DNA from: Nitrosopumilus sp.
GTDB taxonomy: Archaea > Thermoproteota > Nitrososphaeria > Nitrososphaerales > Nitrosopumilaceae
Direction of reading: 5' to 3'
Assembly (NCBI GenBank): GCA_965218785.1
Contig: OZ244650.1
Location: 1,696,001 to 1,760,000 of the forward strand
Length of the DNA: 64,000 nt
Shown: positions 21,706 to 32,616 of the stretch, in pieces
Numbering within the stretch: position 1 is the first letter of the stretch
Layout: each line of letters begins with the position of its first letter
The notes under the pieces: generated by a model
Databases searched by the model: none
The model's input: the letters and a program-made list of their open reading frames with translations, nothing else
What the model was told of the DNA's origin: nothing
Translations under genes and position numbers: made by a program

Positions 21706-22059
21706 CATGTTACACTGCCTGAAATTATTGAGTCTTAACGTAAACCCTTCCCTTTCGCTCCAAATCCCAAAGACTGGGTCTTGCTTTTGACACCACGTCA
21801 ACGTTTCATTTCCTTTTGCCCTCAAAATACGCCTATCATATCCTATAATATGCCGGGAAAAAAATTACAAAAAATACAGATACTGTCAAAATCGTTATGC
21901 GCCAAGCCGTGAACGTATAATTGTCAACAGTAGATTGCATTTCATAAATAAGTTTAAGGATCCCAGTTCTGTCCAATGATCGAGATCTGAAATCATGATC
22001 TTCTCCAGATTGAAAATCCTGCGGATTTTGGTTCGTTCCGATATAGAATTTTTTTCCAC

Positions 22060-22192
22060 TATATAGTGACAATCACAAGTTTGTGAATTATTTTCAAGAC
22101 ATTCCAGTTGGTTATTATGTTTGCCTTGGTAAAATCATCTAATCTTTATTTTTGAATGATTTAGTTCAAAAACATTTGCGTGTCACTGTAAT
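22060..22192 (+). repeat. ~133-bp direct repeat, copy 1
   Basis: Near-identical to 27550..27682; the last ~100 bp match exactly. Confidence 0.9.
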
Positions 22193-22239
22193 TGAACATA
22201 TTATCAAAATTATTTTTGCATTTTTTGTATCAAATTCTG

Positions 22240-22398
22240 CCATGTTCATTCACGATTCCTATTGACCCATTTTCATTGATCAAATCTTCTTTTTCTGATA
22301 TTGCTGTGCAAACGAATTTACCATGCCAGAAAATGGCAGAATCATCGCAACAGTCAAAGATGCAAACAATGCTGTTTTTGTCATTTTTTTGATGTCAT
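22240..22398 (-). pseudogene. frameshifted, truncated paralog of the secreted protein at 25164
   Basis: Reverse strand encodes KTALFASLTVAMILPFSGMVNSFAQQ, then after a frameshift EDLINENGSIGIVNE. Confidence 0.8.
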
Positions 22399-22534
22399 AC
22401 ATGTTCCTACCATGCCTACACCCTTCATTATACAACAAGATTCATTTCAAAATGGAGTGCCTTTTCTGAGATCTTTTATATCTGTCGCCTGCCGATACCG
22501 AGCATTTTATTATTTACTGTAACACAAGGTATCT

Positions 22535-23809
22535 GTGGCAAACTTTCGCATCAAGATACTCGTACTGGTAACATGTCAGATAGCCCTGATTGGCACAAGT
22601 TTTCTGGTACTCGTATACTTTGAATCTCAGACATATCATGCGGGAAACGTGGTAAACGTGGCAGGAAAGAACCGCCTCCTAACAAACCAGGTGCAGACTG
22701 AGCTTGACTATGTGATGTTTCATGCAGACCGCGGTATCGATCCGGAAAGGGTATTTCATGCATTAAATAATCTGGAGGAGAACATACTATTTCTCAGGGA
22801 CGGCGGGACGTTTCTTGGGATCAAGATAGAGTCGATTCTCCCCACGTTTGCAGATGAATGGCAGCAAATCCATGAGAAATTCGAATATTACAAGAGTTAC
22901 GTATACGTGATTACATACGTACCAAATAATGTGGAATTTGACAGCAAAGTAATGGGCACATTGCGCGAGGTTGGAGACGAGATTATACTGCGCTCTGACG
23001 CACTTACATCAAAGCTGGGCCATGATGCCGAGAAACACTCTACAGATCTTGTGTTTTTGCAGTTGATTCTTGGTACAGTCAACATTATATCACACATAGT
23101 CATGATATATCTGATACTTTACATCTTTAAAAGACACGCAGACGAATCCGTAAAAACAGAGAGATTCGCTGCCATGGGGGAGATTGCCGCGATGGTCGCA
23201 CATGACATAAAAAACCCGCTTGGAACCATACTCAACTGCACCTACATAATCCGCAATCCCAAAACAGACAAAAAGACGCTGGATAAGGCAACTGACATGA
23301 TAAGCCGCTCGACTATGCGCATATCGCACCAGGTAGACGGCGTCCTGCACTATGCGCGGGACGTGCCCCTTTTTCTGGCTGAGCGCCCTGTACGGGAGAT
23401 GCTGCAACGTGCGCTGGAATCCCTGCAGATACCTGAGAATCTCAACGTGCACCTTCCCGACAACGACACGGTCATGGTGTGCGACGTCCACAAAATGGAA
23501 TTCGTGTTTGCAAACCTGTTGCTAAACGCGGTGCAGGCAATAGATGGAAAAGACGGCAGCGTTACAGTCCGACTGGATGCCACATCTGAAACTGATTTTA
23601 TAAAGCTGGATTTTGAGAACACCGGACCGCCGATACCTGAAAAAGACATCTCCCAGATATTTGAGCCGCTATACACTACAAAGATGCAGGGTACGGGTCT
23701 CGGGCTTACCAGCTGTAAAAAGGTGGTTCTTCGCCACGGGGGCCGGATCACGGTGCGCAACAACCCTGTCACATTTTCCATAGACATGCCAAGGAAGTCT
23801 GGGCGATGA
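22535..23809 (+). CDS. sensor histidine kinase with a NarX/PilJ-like extracellular domain
   Basis: TM-NVVNVAGKNRLL-TM; H-box VAHDIKNPL, N-box NLLLNA, G2 GTGLGL. Confidence 0.92.
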   Translation: MANFRIKILVLVTCQIALIGTSFLVLVYFESQTYHAGNVVNVAGKNRLLTNQVQTELDYVMFHADRGIDPERVFHALNNLEENILFLRDGGTFLGIKIESILPTFADEWQQIHEKFEYYKSYVYVITYVPNNVEFDSKVMGTLREVGDEIILRSDALTSKLGHDAEKHSTDLVFLQLILGTVNIISHIVMIYLILYIFKRHADESVKTERFAAMGEIAAMVAHDIKNPLGTILNCTYIIRNPKTDKKTLDKATDMISRSTMRISHQVDGVLHYARDVPLFLAERPVREMLQRALESLQIPENLNVHLPDNDTVMVCDVHKMEFVFANLLLNAVQAIDGKDGSVTVRLDATSETDFIKLDFENTGPPIPEKDISQIFEPLYTTKMQGTGLGLTSCKKVVLRHGGRITVRNNPVTFSIDMPRKSGR

Positions 23810-24177
23810 CTGCATCAGGCAAGAAGATAATGGTAGTTGATGACGATTATGACTTTTTAGAATCGATACGGGTCATGCTGGCATACGAGGAGTACAAGGT
23901 GATTCCCGCATCCGGAGGTGCCGAGGCTGTGGCACAATACACAAAGTTCAAGCCGGATATAGTATTTTTGGACATAAAGATGCCCGGGGTCAACGGATAC
24001 GAAGTCTTTATGCTGATAAAAAAACATGACCGTAAAGCAAAGATAGTATTTACCTCAAGCTATGTGCTAGATGACGAGAAATACAAGGCCGCAAAGGCCA
24101 AGTCACTTTCAGGCATCCTCAACAAGCCGATAGTTCTTGAGGACCTAAAAGGCATGATAAGAAAGCATGCGAAATAG
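23806..24177 (+). CDS. stand-alone response-regulator receiver
   Basis: VVDDD, FLDIKMP, KP motifs; 4-bp overlap with the kinase. Confidence 0.93.
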   Translation: MTASGKKIMVVDDDYDFLESIRVMLAYEEYKVIPASGGAEAVAQYTKFKPDIVFLDIKMPGVNGYEVFMLIKKHDRKAKIVFTSSYVLDDEKYKAAKAKSLSGILNKPIVLEDLKGMIRKHAK

Positions 24178-24178
24178 T

Positions 24179-24979
24179 TTAGATGTTTACCCTGTTTATG
24201 CGGTGAAACCTCTCTGAATAATGTCTTTTGGCATCTCTGACAAAACCCTTGTACCAGCGCCTCAGATTTGCATCCTCCTCCAATACTTTTTTCAGCTTTG
24301 CGTCCCCCCGGTACAGCAAAAAGGTATAGAACCAGTAGGATATCTGCTCTGCCAGGTCCTGCTCGGGTATGGACTCAAAGTTTTTTCTGTACTTTATGCG
24401 AAGAAAGGACATTAGGTCGTATATCGGATTCTCAGTTTGTGGCAGTGATTTGTCCAGCAGCATTCCCTGAGCCAGAATCCTCAGATTGTAGGCATCTTTT
24501 CCAAGGGTTGATTTCAGACGGGTCCACCTGCCAAATATTCTCGGAAGCAGATGCGAATATTTTACGGTCATCTTGTCGATGTCTGTCCGGGATGGCTCTA
24601 GTACCTCAAGACAGTACAGTATGCCATACAGGGAGAGCCGGTACCGGTTATAGTTTTTCTTGCGTGGAGATCTGCCGTCATATACCACCAGACCTATCTC
24701 CAACATGCCCCCCGTATACTTGTCACTATCAGTCCTGCCGACTAGGATTCGCCTGTATGTCTTTTCACGTTCCCTTATGGCCGGGGTGTCCTTGCGAAAC
24801 TCTGTCTTTGCCATCTCCCACGTCGTGCATGTGCCGTGCACAAGCAGGATTTTCAGGAGCTTGTGCACGTTTTGATGGTGTTTTAGCGCGGGCTTTGCAA
24901 AGCTGCCATACATGCTGTGTGCAGCAGGCCTGATATAGTCCCTGTATGAGGCCAGATTTCCCTGTGTCGGTTCGGGCAT
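24179..24979 (-). CDS. putative winged-helix transcription regulator
   Basis: GTCTTWEMAK...YRLSLYGILY; paralog of 34317..35177; convergent on the receiver gene. Confidence 0.7.
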   Translation of the reverse strand: MPEPTQGNLASYRDYIRPAAHSMYGSFAKPALKHHQNVHKLLKILLVHGTCTTWEMAKTEFRKDTPAIREREKTYRRILVGRTDSDKYTGGMLEIGLVVYDGRSPRKKNYNRYRLSLYGILYCLEVLEPSRTDIDKMTVKYSHLLPRIFGRWTRLKSTLGKDAYNLRILAQGMLLDKSLPQTENPIYDLMSFLRIKYRKNFESIPEQDLAEQISYWFYTFLLYRGDAKLKKVLEEDANLRRWYKGFVRDAKRHYSERFHRINRVNI

Positions 24980-25103
24980 GATTCAATTATTAAAATTTAT
25001 TATATAACAATGTCTCTGCCTTTAGATTGGGTTGGTGATGTGCAGTGCTGCAATTCTGTTAAATTTTAGATATTGCAAATTTTCCATGATTTTAGGCACA
25101 AAG

Positions 25104-25135
25104 GCATACCGTAAGTTCATATCAATACTTAAATA
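25104..25135 (+). promoter_or_regulatory. GCATACCGTA box plus TTAAATA TATA box upstream of the secreted gene
   Basis: Same motif and 24-bp offset at 35360..35391 (+) and 32349..32380 (-). Confidence 0.6.
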
Positions 25136-25163
25136 ATGAAAGTGTGTAGGGTATATCAATAAC

Positions 25164-26144
25164 ATGTCTAACAAAATTCAAAAGAGAAAAAATGATGCAA
25201 AAACAATACTGTTTGCATCTTTGATTGCTGCAATGATTCTTCCCTTTTCTAGCATGGGGAATTCATTTGCACAGCAAACACCTGGAGAAGAAGATGGAGT
25301 CAATGGAAATGGACCAGTTGGAATCGTGAATGAACAATATGTAGAATTGTTGAAACAACAAGAGACATATGTGGAAATGAATGATGCTGAAAAAGAATTG
25401 TACGAAAGTGCAATATTAAATTCAATGTACACGGCATCACCATATCAAAAAGAAGTATACAAACTTCTAGATAAACTCAGTGGGACAATTCTAGATATTC
25501 AAAAGGCAGAAAGTAATGATCAAAACATTACAGAACTACTTGAAGAACAACATGCAATAATCTTCGATCTTGAGATGTACGGTGTAACAACACAGGATAG
25601 ATTGGAACAAAATATGGCATATTGGGCAAATAAGGCACAAGAAGCAAAAGAAAAAATCGAGAATGATGAGCCCATAAAAGCATCATTTAAGAAATATCTT
25701 GGTTCTTCTACAATACATCAGATACATACGGCTGACGTAAGTATCAAAAATGAGGCACAGATTAATTTCCCCTGTCTTCCATACAATCTCAACATTATAA
25801 GATGTTGGGTAATGGACACAAAATGGGGTGGAGGATCTTATGCATCTGTGAGCCAATTTATTCCGATTAGCGGTATAGCAGACATGATCGGCAAGATATT
25901 TCTCAGTAATTCTGGAGGTCATGAAACAGTGACTGCGATTCACACTACGCAACACAAAGTCATATCTCTTGCAGACAGAGTGGTGTTTTCACGTACACAT
26001 GGACCTACAGAATATGAACTGATCGGAAACCTTCCTTGGCCTTTTGTAGCATATGAGGAAGAACTTGAAAATAGATCGGTTTTTACTGGCTCTACTGTAA
26101 TCGCAACATCTCAGTTGGGAACAACTGTAACTGTATCGAATTAA
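25164..26144 (+). CDS. secreted protein with a conserved KTILFASLI..MILPFS..NSFAQQTPGEED leader
   Basis: Leader shared with 35419..36339 and the 22240..22398 remnant. Confidence 0.85.
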   Translation: MSNKIQKRKNDAKTILFASLIAAMILPFSSMGNSFAQQTPGEEDGVNGNGPVGIVNEQYVELLKQQETYVEMNDAEKELYESAILNSMYTASPYQKEVYKLLDKLSGTILDIQKAESNDQNITELLEEQHAIIFDLEMYGVTTQDRLEQNMAYWANKAQEAKEKIENDEPIKASFKKYLGSSTIHQIHTADVSIKNEAQINFPCLPYNLNIIRCWVMDTKWGGGSYASVSQFIPISGIADMIGKIFLSNSGGHETVTAIHTTQHKVISLADRVVFSRTHGPTEYELIGNLPWPFVAYEEELENRSVFTGSTVIATSQLGTTVTVSN

Positions 26145-26149
26145 CGGTA

Positions 26150-26779
26150 ATGGTTACTTCCTCTTTTTTTTTAATACCTTTGATCATGATGCTTGTCTTC
26201 ATTACTTTTGACGCATATGGTACGGAGGACGTTCCAAGTTATAGTGTAATTTCGCCAGGTGACACCGTTGAGCAGTTTTTTAATCCTAATGGACAGCAGT
26301 CAAATGTAACCTCTATCCCACATGATATTCAAGACAGGATCAATATCATAAATGCCATTAATGGAATAATTGATCTTGTTGAAGAAATTCAAGATGTGCA
26401 AATTGAGTTTGCACTGAAAAGTGTGCTAGAACAGGCAAAACCGCGCATGGCTCAGATCGGCATACTGCTAGAACGTAACCTAGACAACGGTCAATACCGC
26501 ATCAGATCCGAACTGCCTGACGCACAATGGCAGTATGTTACTACCGAACGGTATGGATTAGTGATATTGAATGACGAACAGGAAATAGACACGTATCTGA
26601 AGGAGAGGACATCCTGTGAGGAAAGCGGAATACATCAGTACGATATCATAACTGGGGAGTGCAATCTGCGATGGGGATCCATGCAATTGGCCTTCCTTCT
26701 TTCCCTGTTTGTAGGCGTGGCAGAATTTGCCGTAATTGTAATCCTCGTCATCTACATAGTGATGAAAAGAAGGCTTTGA
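26150..26779 (+). CDS. exported protein with a C-terminal membrane anchor
   Basis: Signal peptide and C-terminal TM + KRR; 5 bp after the secreted gene. Confidence 0.75.
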   Translation: MVTSSFFLIPLIMMLVFITFDAYGTEDVPSYSVISPGDTVEQFFNPNGQQSNVTSIPHDIQDRINIINAINGIIDLVEEIQDVQIEFALKSVLEQAKPRMAQIGILLERNLDNGQYRIRSELPDAQWQYVTTERYGLVILNDEQEIDTYLKERTSCEESGIHQYDIITGECNLRWGSMQLAFLLSLFVGVAEFAVIVILVIYIVMKRRL

Positions 26780-26853
26780 CAAATTCAGAGTGGCACTACA
26801 CCACACAGTTTCGAGTAACCAGCATCACATAAACATCCTTTTCTTTTTTTATA

Positions 26854-27429
26854 ATGTCTCTAAAATTCTTTATACTTGGATGCGGAATATTTTTGCTGGT
26901 TTTGGGAGCCGTCTTTTCTTTTATAGAACATGCCCCCATCTCCACTGTCCATGCCTTCACATATGGATGCGTCTTAAAGACTCCCGATTTCCTAGTCTCG
27001 CATGGTAAATCTTATTGGACTGAAGAGGTGTGTTACTATCACGGATCACTTTCTGTAGTCATATCATGTATTGTGGGCGCAGGTGCGTTTTTGACGTTTA
27101 GTGGATTAAAAAACATCCGTTCAGATAGGCGGATTACCATGCGTACTTTTGTAATTCCTGCAATCTTTGGTGTTATCATACTAATAATGATATTTGCAGT
27201 ACTGTCTCCTATTGCAAGCTGTAGGGCTTCTGATTCTTGGTGCATATATGATGACACACCATACCCCTCAAAACTGCCTCTGGAAATATTTGAAGAATTT
27301 TTCCTGCACAAATACGACAAGGGTGAGATTACGATTGCATATATGAAAGATAATCTAGAGGCAGAAGGATACAGTTCCTCGGAGATAGAAGAATTTCTTG
27401 CAGAACGTATTCTGTTAGACCGGCCCTAA
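26854..27429 (+). CDS. membrane protein (hypothetical)
   Basis: About 3 TM helices with Cys pairs. Confidence 0.65.
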   Translation: MSLKFFILGCGIFLLVLGAVFSFIEHAPISTVHAFTYGCVLKTPDFLVSHGKSYWTEEVCYYHGSLSVVISCIVGAGAFLTFSGLKNIRSDRRITMRTFVIPAIFGVIILIMIFAVLSPIASCRASDSWCIYDDTPYPSKLPLEIFEEFFLHKYDKGEITIAYMKDNLEAEGYSSSEIEEFLAERILLDRP

Positions 27430-27549
27430 CATTTCAAGTAGTTTTCTGTCGTATTCAACTAGGACAACAACGATTTAAAGGCGGTCTTTGTCAAAATGTC
27501 CGACGGGCATTTGAAGGTGATACTGATCAACGGGTTGTTCTATACAGGA

Positions 27550-27682
27550 TATATAGCGACAATCATAAGTTCTTGAGTTATTTTCAAGACATTCCAGTTG
27601 GTTATTATGTTTGCCTTGGTAAAATCATCTAATCTTTATTTTTGAATGATTTAGTTCAAAAACATTTGCGTGTCACTGTAAT
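27550..27682 (+). repeat. ~133-bp direct repeat, copy 2
   Basis: Offset 5490 bp from copy 1. Confidence 0.9.
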
Positions 27683-27906
27683 CCTCCCTCTGTCGATACC
27701 TGCATTCCTCTACCATTTCAAATAAGAATATTGATCTCGTTGTTTGGGATATGGGTGATGATGCTTTGTAGTTTCGAGTTGATAAAATTGATCTCAATAT
27801 TTGTGCGTCATTATAATTGGATTGACAAGGAATATCTGGAATGGATTACATGCAAGTCGACAGGCAAGCCTGCAATAAATAAATAAAAAAATGAATAAAA
27901 AAGATT

Positions 27907-28562
27907 TTAACTGAGTGGGGATGTCACGTCGAATGTGTATGTGATTTGTAGTGTCAGCATTTGCCAGGGTTACATCGTTGGTATCTACTACTGCAAATGC
28001 GACATTGCCTGTATTACTATTACAAAGCGCATAGTCAGCAGTAGCATTATTGCATATTGCTATTGACGCGATGGTTGAATCATCAGCAACGTCTGTACCT
28101 CCTGTAAATGTAGGAGGTCCTATTACTGCTTGGCTGGCTGTGTTTGGTACATCATCAGAAGATACTTTGCAGTTTCTTCCCCCCCGGAGAACCTGCACTC
28201 ATCTCTGTTGCCGTACTAGTCTCATCTAATCCTGTGCTAACACTAGTGACGCATATTGCACCCATTCTAACAGTGTCACCTACTGAGGCTGTTGCTGTGT
28301 CAAATGCCTGATTTAGCAGATAGGTCTCACCCTCATCTGTGATTAGGTTGTGAACCGTCTGTGAAATCAACGTGTTTCCACTGGCATCTTTTTGTACAAG
28401 ATCCAACATTCCATAGACAGATATCTGTCCGGTCTCGGTGGAATCTGCCGCTGCTCCTCCTCCAAAGATACTGCCAGGAATAACCATCATGGCAAATATC
28501 GCAAAGAGCCCAGTTGCAGAAAGCTTGTAGGCCAGTTTGTGACTTGTGTTTGAGTTAGTCAT
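27907..28562 (-). pseudogene. frameshifted secreted beta-rich protein (HNLITDEGE motif)
   Basis: ATG at 28562; frame breaks at the C7 run 28179..28185 and again near 27955, after which LQITYTFDVTSPLS* follows; IS inserted just upstream of the start codon. Confidence 0.7.
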
Positions 28563-28576
28563 GTAGGTACGGAGAG

Positions 28577-29781
28577 TCTCCTGTCCAAAAAGTAGTTCAC
28601 CCCCCTCCCCATATGAGAAAAAATGGAGACATATTGGCAAAAGACGCATACGCGTCATGGTAAAACTAGACGAATTCAAAGTCCGATGGATAATAAATCA
28701 GAAGAGAAAGGGGCTGCTGTCAAACAGGGAGATTGCATCACAGTATGACATATCCATACGCTGGGTCCAGAAACTCTGGGTACGATACGGACGGATCAAA
28801 CCCGCAGCTATCTCACATCCCCTGTCTATGGGAAGACCAGTCTCAGGCCTTCCTGGCAGAAGAGAGCATTCTGCCACGATATGGGCACATCACATAAACG
28901 GAGCAGGTGCGGTAACCATACAGGAACAGATCAAAGAAAGGATCGGAATACACATACCACACAACACCATACACCATGTGTTAAGAAAGATGGGTCTTGC
29001 TGAATAAAGTCCGAGAAAATCAAGAAAGCGGGCATGGGTACGATACGAACGTGACTATTCAAACTCCATGTGGCATACAGACTATAAACAGCTAGATGAT
29101 GGCAGATGGTTCATTGCATACGAGGATGACGCATCCAGATTCATAACTGGATACGGTGTATTTGAGCGTGCAACCACACAAAATGCCTTGTCTGTACTGT
29201 ATAGGGCGATAAAAGATCACGGCAAGCCCGCATCCGTAATGACGGATCACGGCTCACAGTTTTATTCAAACGCGTCTGAGTACAAGAAAAAGGGGGCATC
29301 AGAGTTTGAGCAGGAGCTGGTACGTCTGGAAATACGGCACATACTTGCCAGTGTGGGGCATCCGCAGACAAACGGCAAGCTCGAACGGTTCCATGGCGAG
29401 CTGCAGCGTAAATTACATCTGTTTGAACCTGTCACAGACGACCCGCCATCACGTCCTCCCACGGGATATGTGGAGATAAAAGATGATCCCACAGACGGAG
29501 GAAGCGCGGTGAGAAGGTTTGTCCAATGTCATAACGAGATAAAGTATCACATGTCGCTTAATCCGCATGAGACTCCGGCACAGGCGTTCATACGAAAGAT
29601 GCCAGAACCGGGGGGGGGAGGAGGTTGTGGATTCCCAGACTGGTGAAAGGTATGCTGTGAAAAGAACTCAGAGTGGAAATACCAGTGTGTGGGTAGACGA
29701 GGAGGGGAAAAACTAATGAAAGCCAGTAAACAGAGAGATGACATGCGGGATTTGGGGGTGAACTACTTTTCGGATTCTACA
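28577..29781 (+). mobile_element. IS481-family insertion sequence with a 15-bp target-site duplication
   Basis: Imperfect TIRs (TCTCCTGTCCAAAAAGTAGTTCACCCCC vs TGTAGAATCCGAAAAGTAGTTCACCCCC); TGTAGGTACGGAGAG duplicated at 28562..28576 and 29782..29796. Confidence 0.88.
28657..29646 (+). pseudogene. IS481 transposase interrupted by one in-frame TAA (29005..29007)
   Basis: HTH N-terminus and rve core (WHTD, TDHGSQF, PQTNGKLER) are in the same frame. Confidence 0.88.
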
Positions 29782-30940
29782 TGTAGGTACGGAGAGGGTT
29801 TTATTTAATAAAGATTAGTGATAATTTACCGCCTAATTCACACGATCTGCCGGTGGGCGTGCCAGACAGACGAGTATTGCAGTGGATCCTGAGAGTTACG
29901 GGGCGCCATCACACAGGAGACGTGATTATCTTTGAGATGCGGGAAAAACAGAAGAATGATCTTGCAGAGTACCCCGCCGGCAGACCCGCCGTAAGGATAG
30001 CTGATCGTGTCTCGCCGAAAAGATTTCATCAAGTAATAAACACCGCGCTTTCACAGGCACCGCCCGCAACCGATCAAGACACCCCCAAAGTTTCTTGTCC
30101 CAAACCACCGAATCATTTCGTTAAACAAGGCACAACTGCCGTTATCCATACCTCGGTCTGAAGACTCCCCCACATGTCGATTCTTACACGTATCATAGAT
30201 TCTCCCTCCTTCTTAATGATTTTACTTGTTTTTTGGGGATCTGCCCCACAGGATGCGGCGTATTTTGGTGACAAGTTCGTCACTGCACTAGAACCCGCAC
30301 CCACCGCCACGAACAATCATACGATCAGCCCCCCGGATTTCAAATTAGATCATGTTACTATTGTACAACAGTGGTTTGACGACTAGTCCCAAGATCGTTT
30401 TGGGCGCTTAGCCGATTTTCGGCGGGAAAAAATCGAACTCTCCAACAAACTCATCAATCTTTTTCAGTTACCTGTTTGAGAATATCAAGATGAGTCTTCA
30501 TTGTGTAATGTTTGGTGATGTTGTTTTTCAAATTATCTGGTGTCACTTAGAATGGCATAATCTGAGAAATCTGTCTGTGTATAGTTCTTTGGGACGGGGT
30601 TAAACGCGCATAAACTCTGTTTTCATAAAGAGATACTTGGTCCATTGCTATTTCGTCTTTTTCATCCATATGATGAGAGTTATGATAAAAACCACTGAAA
30701 TCACAAATACAAGTATTCCTGGCAAAAAATGGAGATCCCCCCGGGGGGGGAAATCCACTGCAACTCCACATGGGTAGTCATGGATCCTCTGAACAATCTT
30801 TAAGACCAATTAATAAACAAACACCGTTTTGTGTTAATCTCATATTTTCTGGACAGTTTGATTCAGTTTCGATCTCTTGTCCAAATGCGGCAACTAATAA
30901 AATCAGGAATATTTGGATCATAATAAAAAAGAAATTGGGA

Positions 30941-31618
30941 TTATGGACTTTGATTGTCTTTGTATTCTTTAGTTATTTGTTTGATGGTTTCCTTAGCATC
31001 TAAAAGTTCGATGGGGTTTTCATGATGATATTTCTTACCAAACTCTGTCTGAATCGTGGATTCACCATTCTTTATTTTATAAAATGATGTAAAACCGCCT
31101 AATTCAAGACCTCTATCATGCGAAAGACCTGTATCATAATCAAAAAAGATGTCATGGTCAATTAAGAAGATACCCTTGTCACCTACTTGATAATCCATTG
31201 CATCATGTGAAATAAAACGAGCCTTTACGCCATTGGCTTCACCGATTGCATCCCTTACATTTCCATCATAGACTGTAACAAATTCTGAATCTATTCCATA
31301 ATCATCTTTGAGAATCTCTTTGATTTGTATGGTAACTTTGGCTCTTGGAACAAGATAGGTATCAAATACCACTTTATTACCGTCTGCATCTGTTTCTGTG
31401 AATTCTTCAATGAATTTCTGGATTTGAACATCTTGGATTTTGCCTTCAACAACTATTGCAACTGCGTCAATTTCTTCTTCAAAAGTACGATCAGAATATT
31501 GAGCATGACCTGTGACGATAGTTATTCCAGGAGGAGCTAGCTCATTTATTCCATAGATTGTTGAGCCGGCCGCAACTAGTAAAACCACAGCAATCATGCT
31601 AAATTTTTTGTTAATCAT
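30941..31618 (-). CDS. exported hypothetical protein
   Basis: N-terminal signal/anchor; 4-bp overlap with the upstream metalloprotease gene. Confidence 0.75.
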   Translation of the reverse strand: MINKKFSMIAVVLLVAAGSTIYGINELAPPGITIVTGHAQYSDRTFEEEIDAVAIVVEGKIQDVQIQKFIEEFTETDADGNKVVFDTYLVPRAKVTIQIKEILKDDYGIDSEFVTVYDGNVRDAIGEANGVKARFISHDAMDYQVGDKGIFLIDHDIFFDYDTGLSHDRGLELGGFTSFYKIKNGESTIQTEFGKKYHHENPIELLDAKETIKQITKEYKDNQSP

Positions 31619-32322
31619 GGGTATCTGGCCTCCAAATCGTCCCTGTCAATCATTGTGGCTGTATATCCATCTGAGCCAAACTCGTATAGATAAAAGACAA
31701 TGCTATCACTTGATGAATTATGGTCAATTCCCATAGCATGAAATAGTTCATGACCTAGAGTTTTTCTTATGTCATAGATTGGAGGATCTGCAGATTCATT
31801 TTCAGCAAGACCAAACTTGACATAATTAGCACGGTCATTGATTTTGACGGTCATCTTTGTAAAGTGATTATCTTTACCATTGCACCACCACCCAAACCAA
31901 CCCGGATCAGTACAGTGGAGGTCATAGATAGCAGTACCCATAACACGACGTTCAAGATTAGCACCTGTAATGTAGCTGTCAGCAACTGAAACTCTATCAA
32001 TGGACATTTTCTTTCCTAACGCATCAAAGTGCATTTCAATATTATCCACTTCAGTATTGACTTGTGATTGAGATATTGATTGGATGGAACCCATAGTCCT
32101 GATTTTTAGTGCACAATAGTCATTATTAGAGTCACAATTTAGATAATCTGTATGACCATCTCCAAGACTTCTACTCCAAATATGCCATTCATAGTTTTTT
32201 ACGTTCTCAACATGGTCGGCAAATACATCGATCATGCTAACGGTGCAGACAATTATGGAGACTAGTCCGGTAAACAGAATTAGATTTGATGTCTTTGTCT
32301 TGTTTTGATTTTTGTAATTCAT
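31615..32322 (-). CDS. secreted zinc metalloprotease (metzincin/matrixin-like)
   Basis: Signal peptide; HELFHAMGIDH fits HExxHxxGxxH. Confidence 0.82.
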   Translation of the reverse strand: MNYKNQNKTKTSNLILFTGLVSIIVCTVSMIDVFADHVENVKNYEWHIWSRSLGDGHTDYLNCDSNNDYCALKIRTMGSIQSISQSQVNTEVDNIEMHFDALGKKMSIDRVSVADSYITGANLERRVMGTAIYDLHCTDPGWFGWWCNGKDNHFTKMTVKINDRANYVKFGLAENESADPPIYDIRKTLGHELFHAMGIDHNSSSDSIVFYLYEFGSDGYTATMIDRDDLEARYP

Positions 32323-32478
32323 GTCCGTACAACCTTACCCCTTGCTGTTATTTAGCAAGATCTATTTCACTACGGTATGCTTCTTAGGCACGAAAACTGT
32401 AAAAATACTGTATTATTGCAGAATCAGGAAAATACCGTTGTGCAAAAACCATTTTGCGAATTTATGCCGGTTTGGGGC
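32304..32478 (-). repeat. ~175-bp imperfect inverted repeat, left arm (promoter plus MNYKNQ start)
   Basis: Reverse complement aligns with 35261..35437. Confidence 0.88.
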
Positions 32479-32616
32479 GGATCCATCAGATACATGGAAA
32501 AACCAATAATCATATTCACGCCTCAGGAGTCAGACGACTTTATGTGATTTGACTTGCACAGATAGCCTGCCCGCATTCACATGCTATAATTTTTATTCAT
32601 TTGAATAAACCAGTTT

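Noticed and set aside
28563-28679. N-terminal extension of ORF 28155..28679
   Set aside because: It reads through the IS end; the plausible start is ATG 28562, which gives a signal peptide.
29850-30480. Possible decayed IS4/IS5-like transposase (DAAYFGDK fragment)
   Set aside because: Only a weak motif, with no TIRs or continuous frame identifiable by eye.
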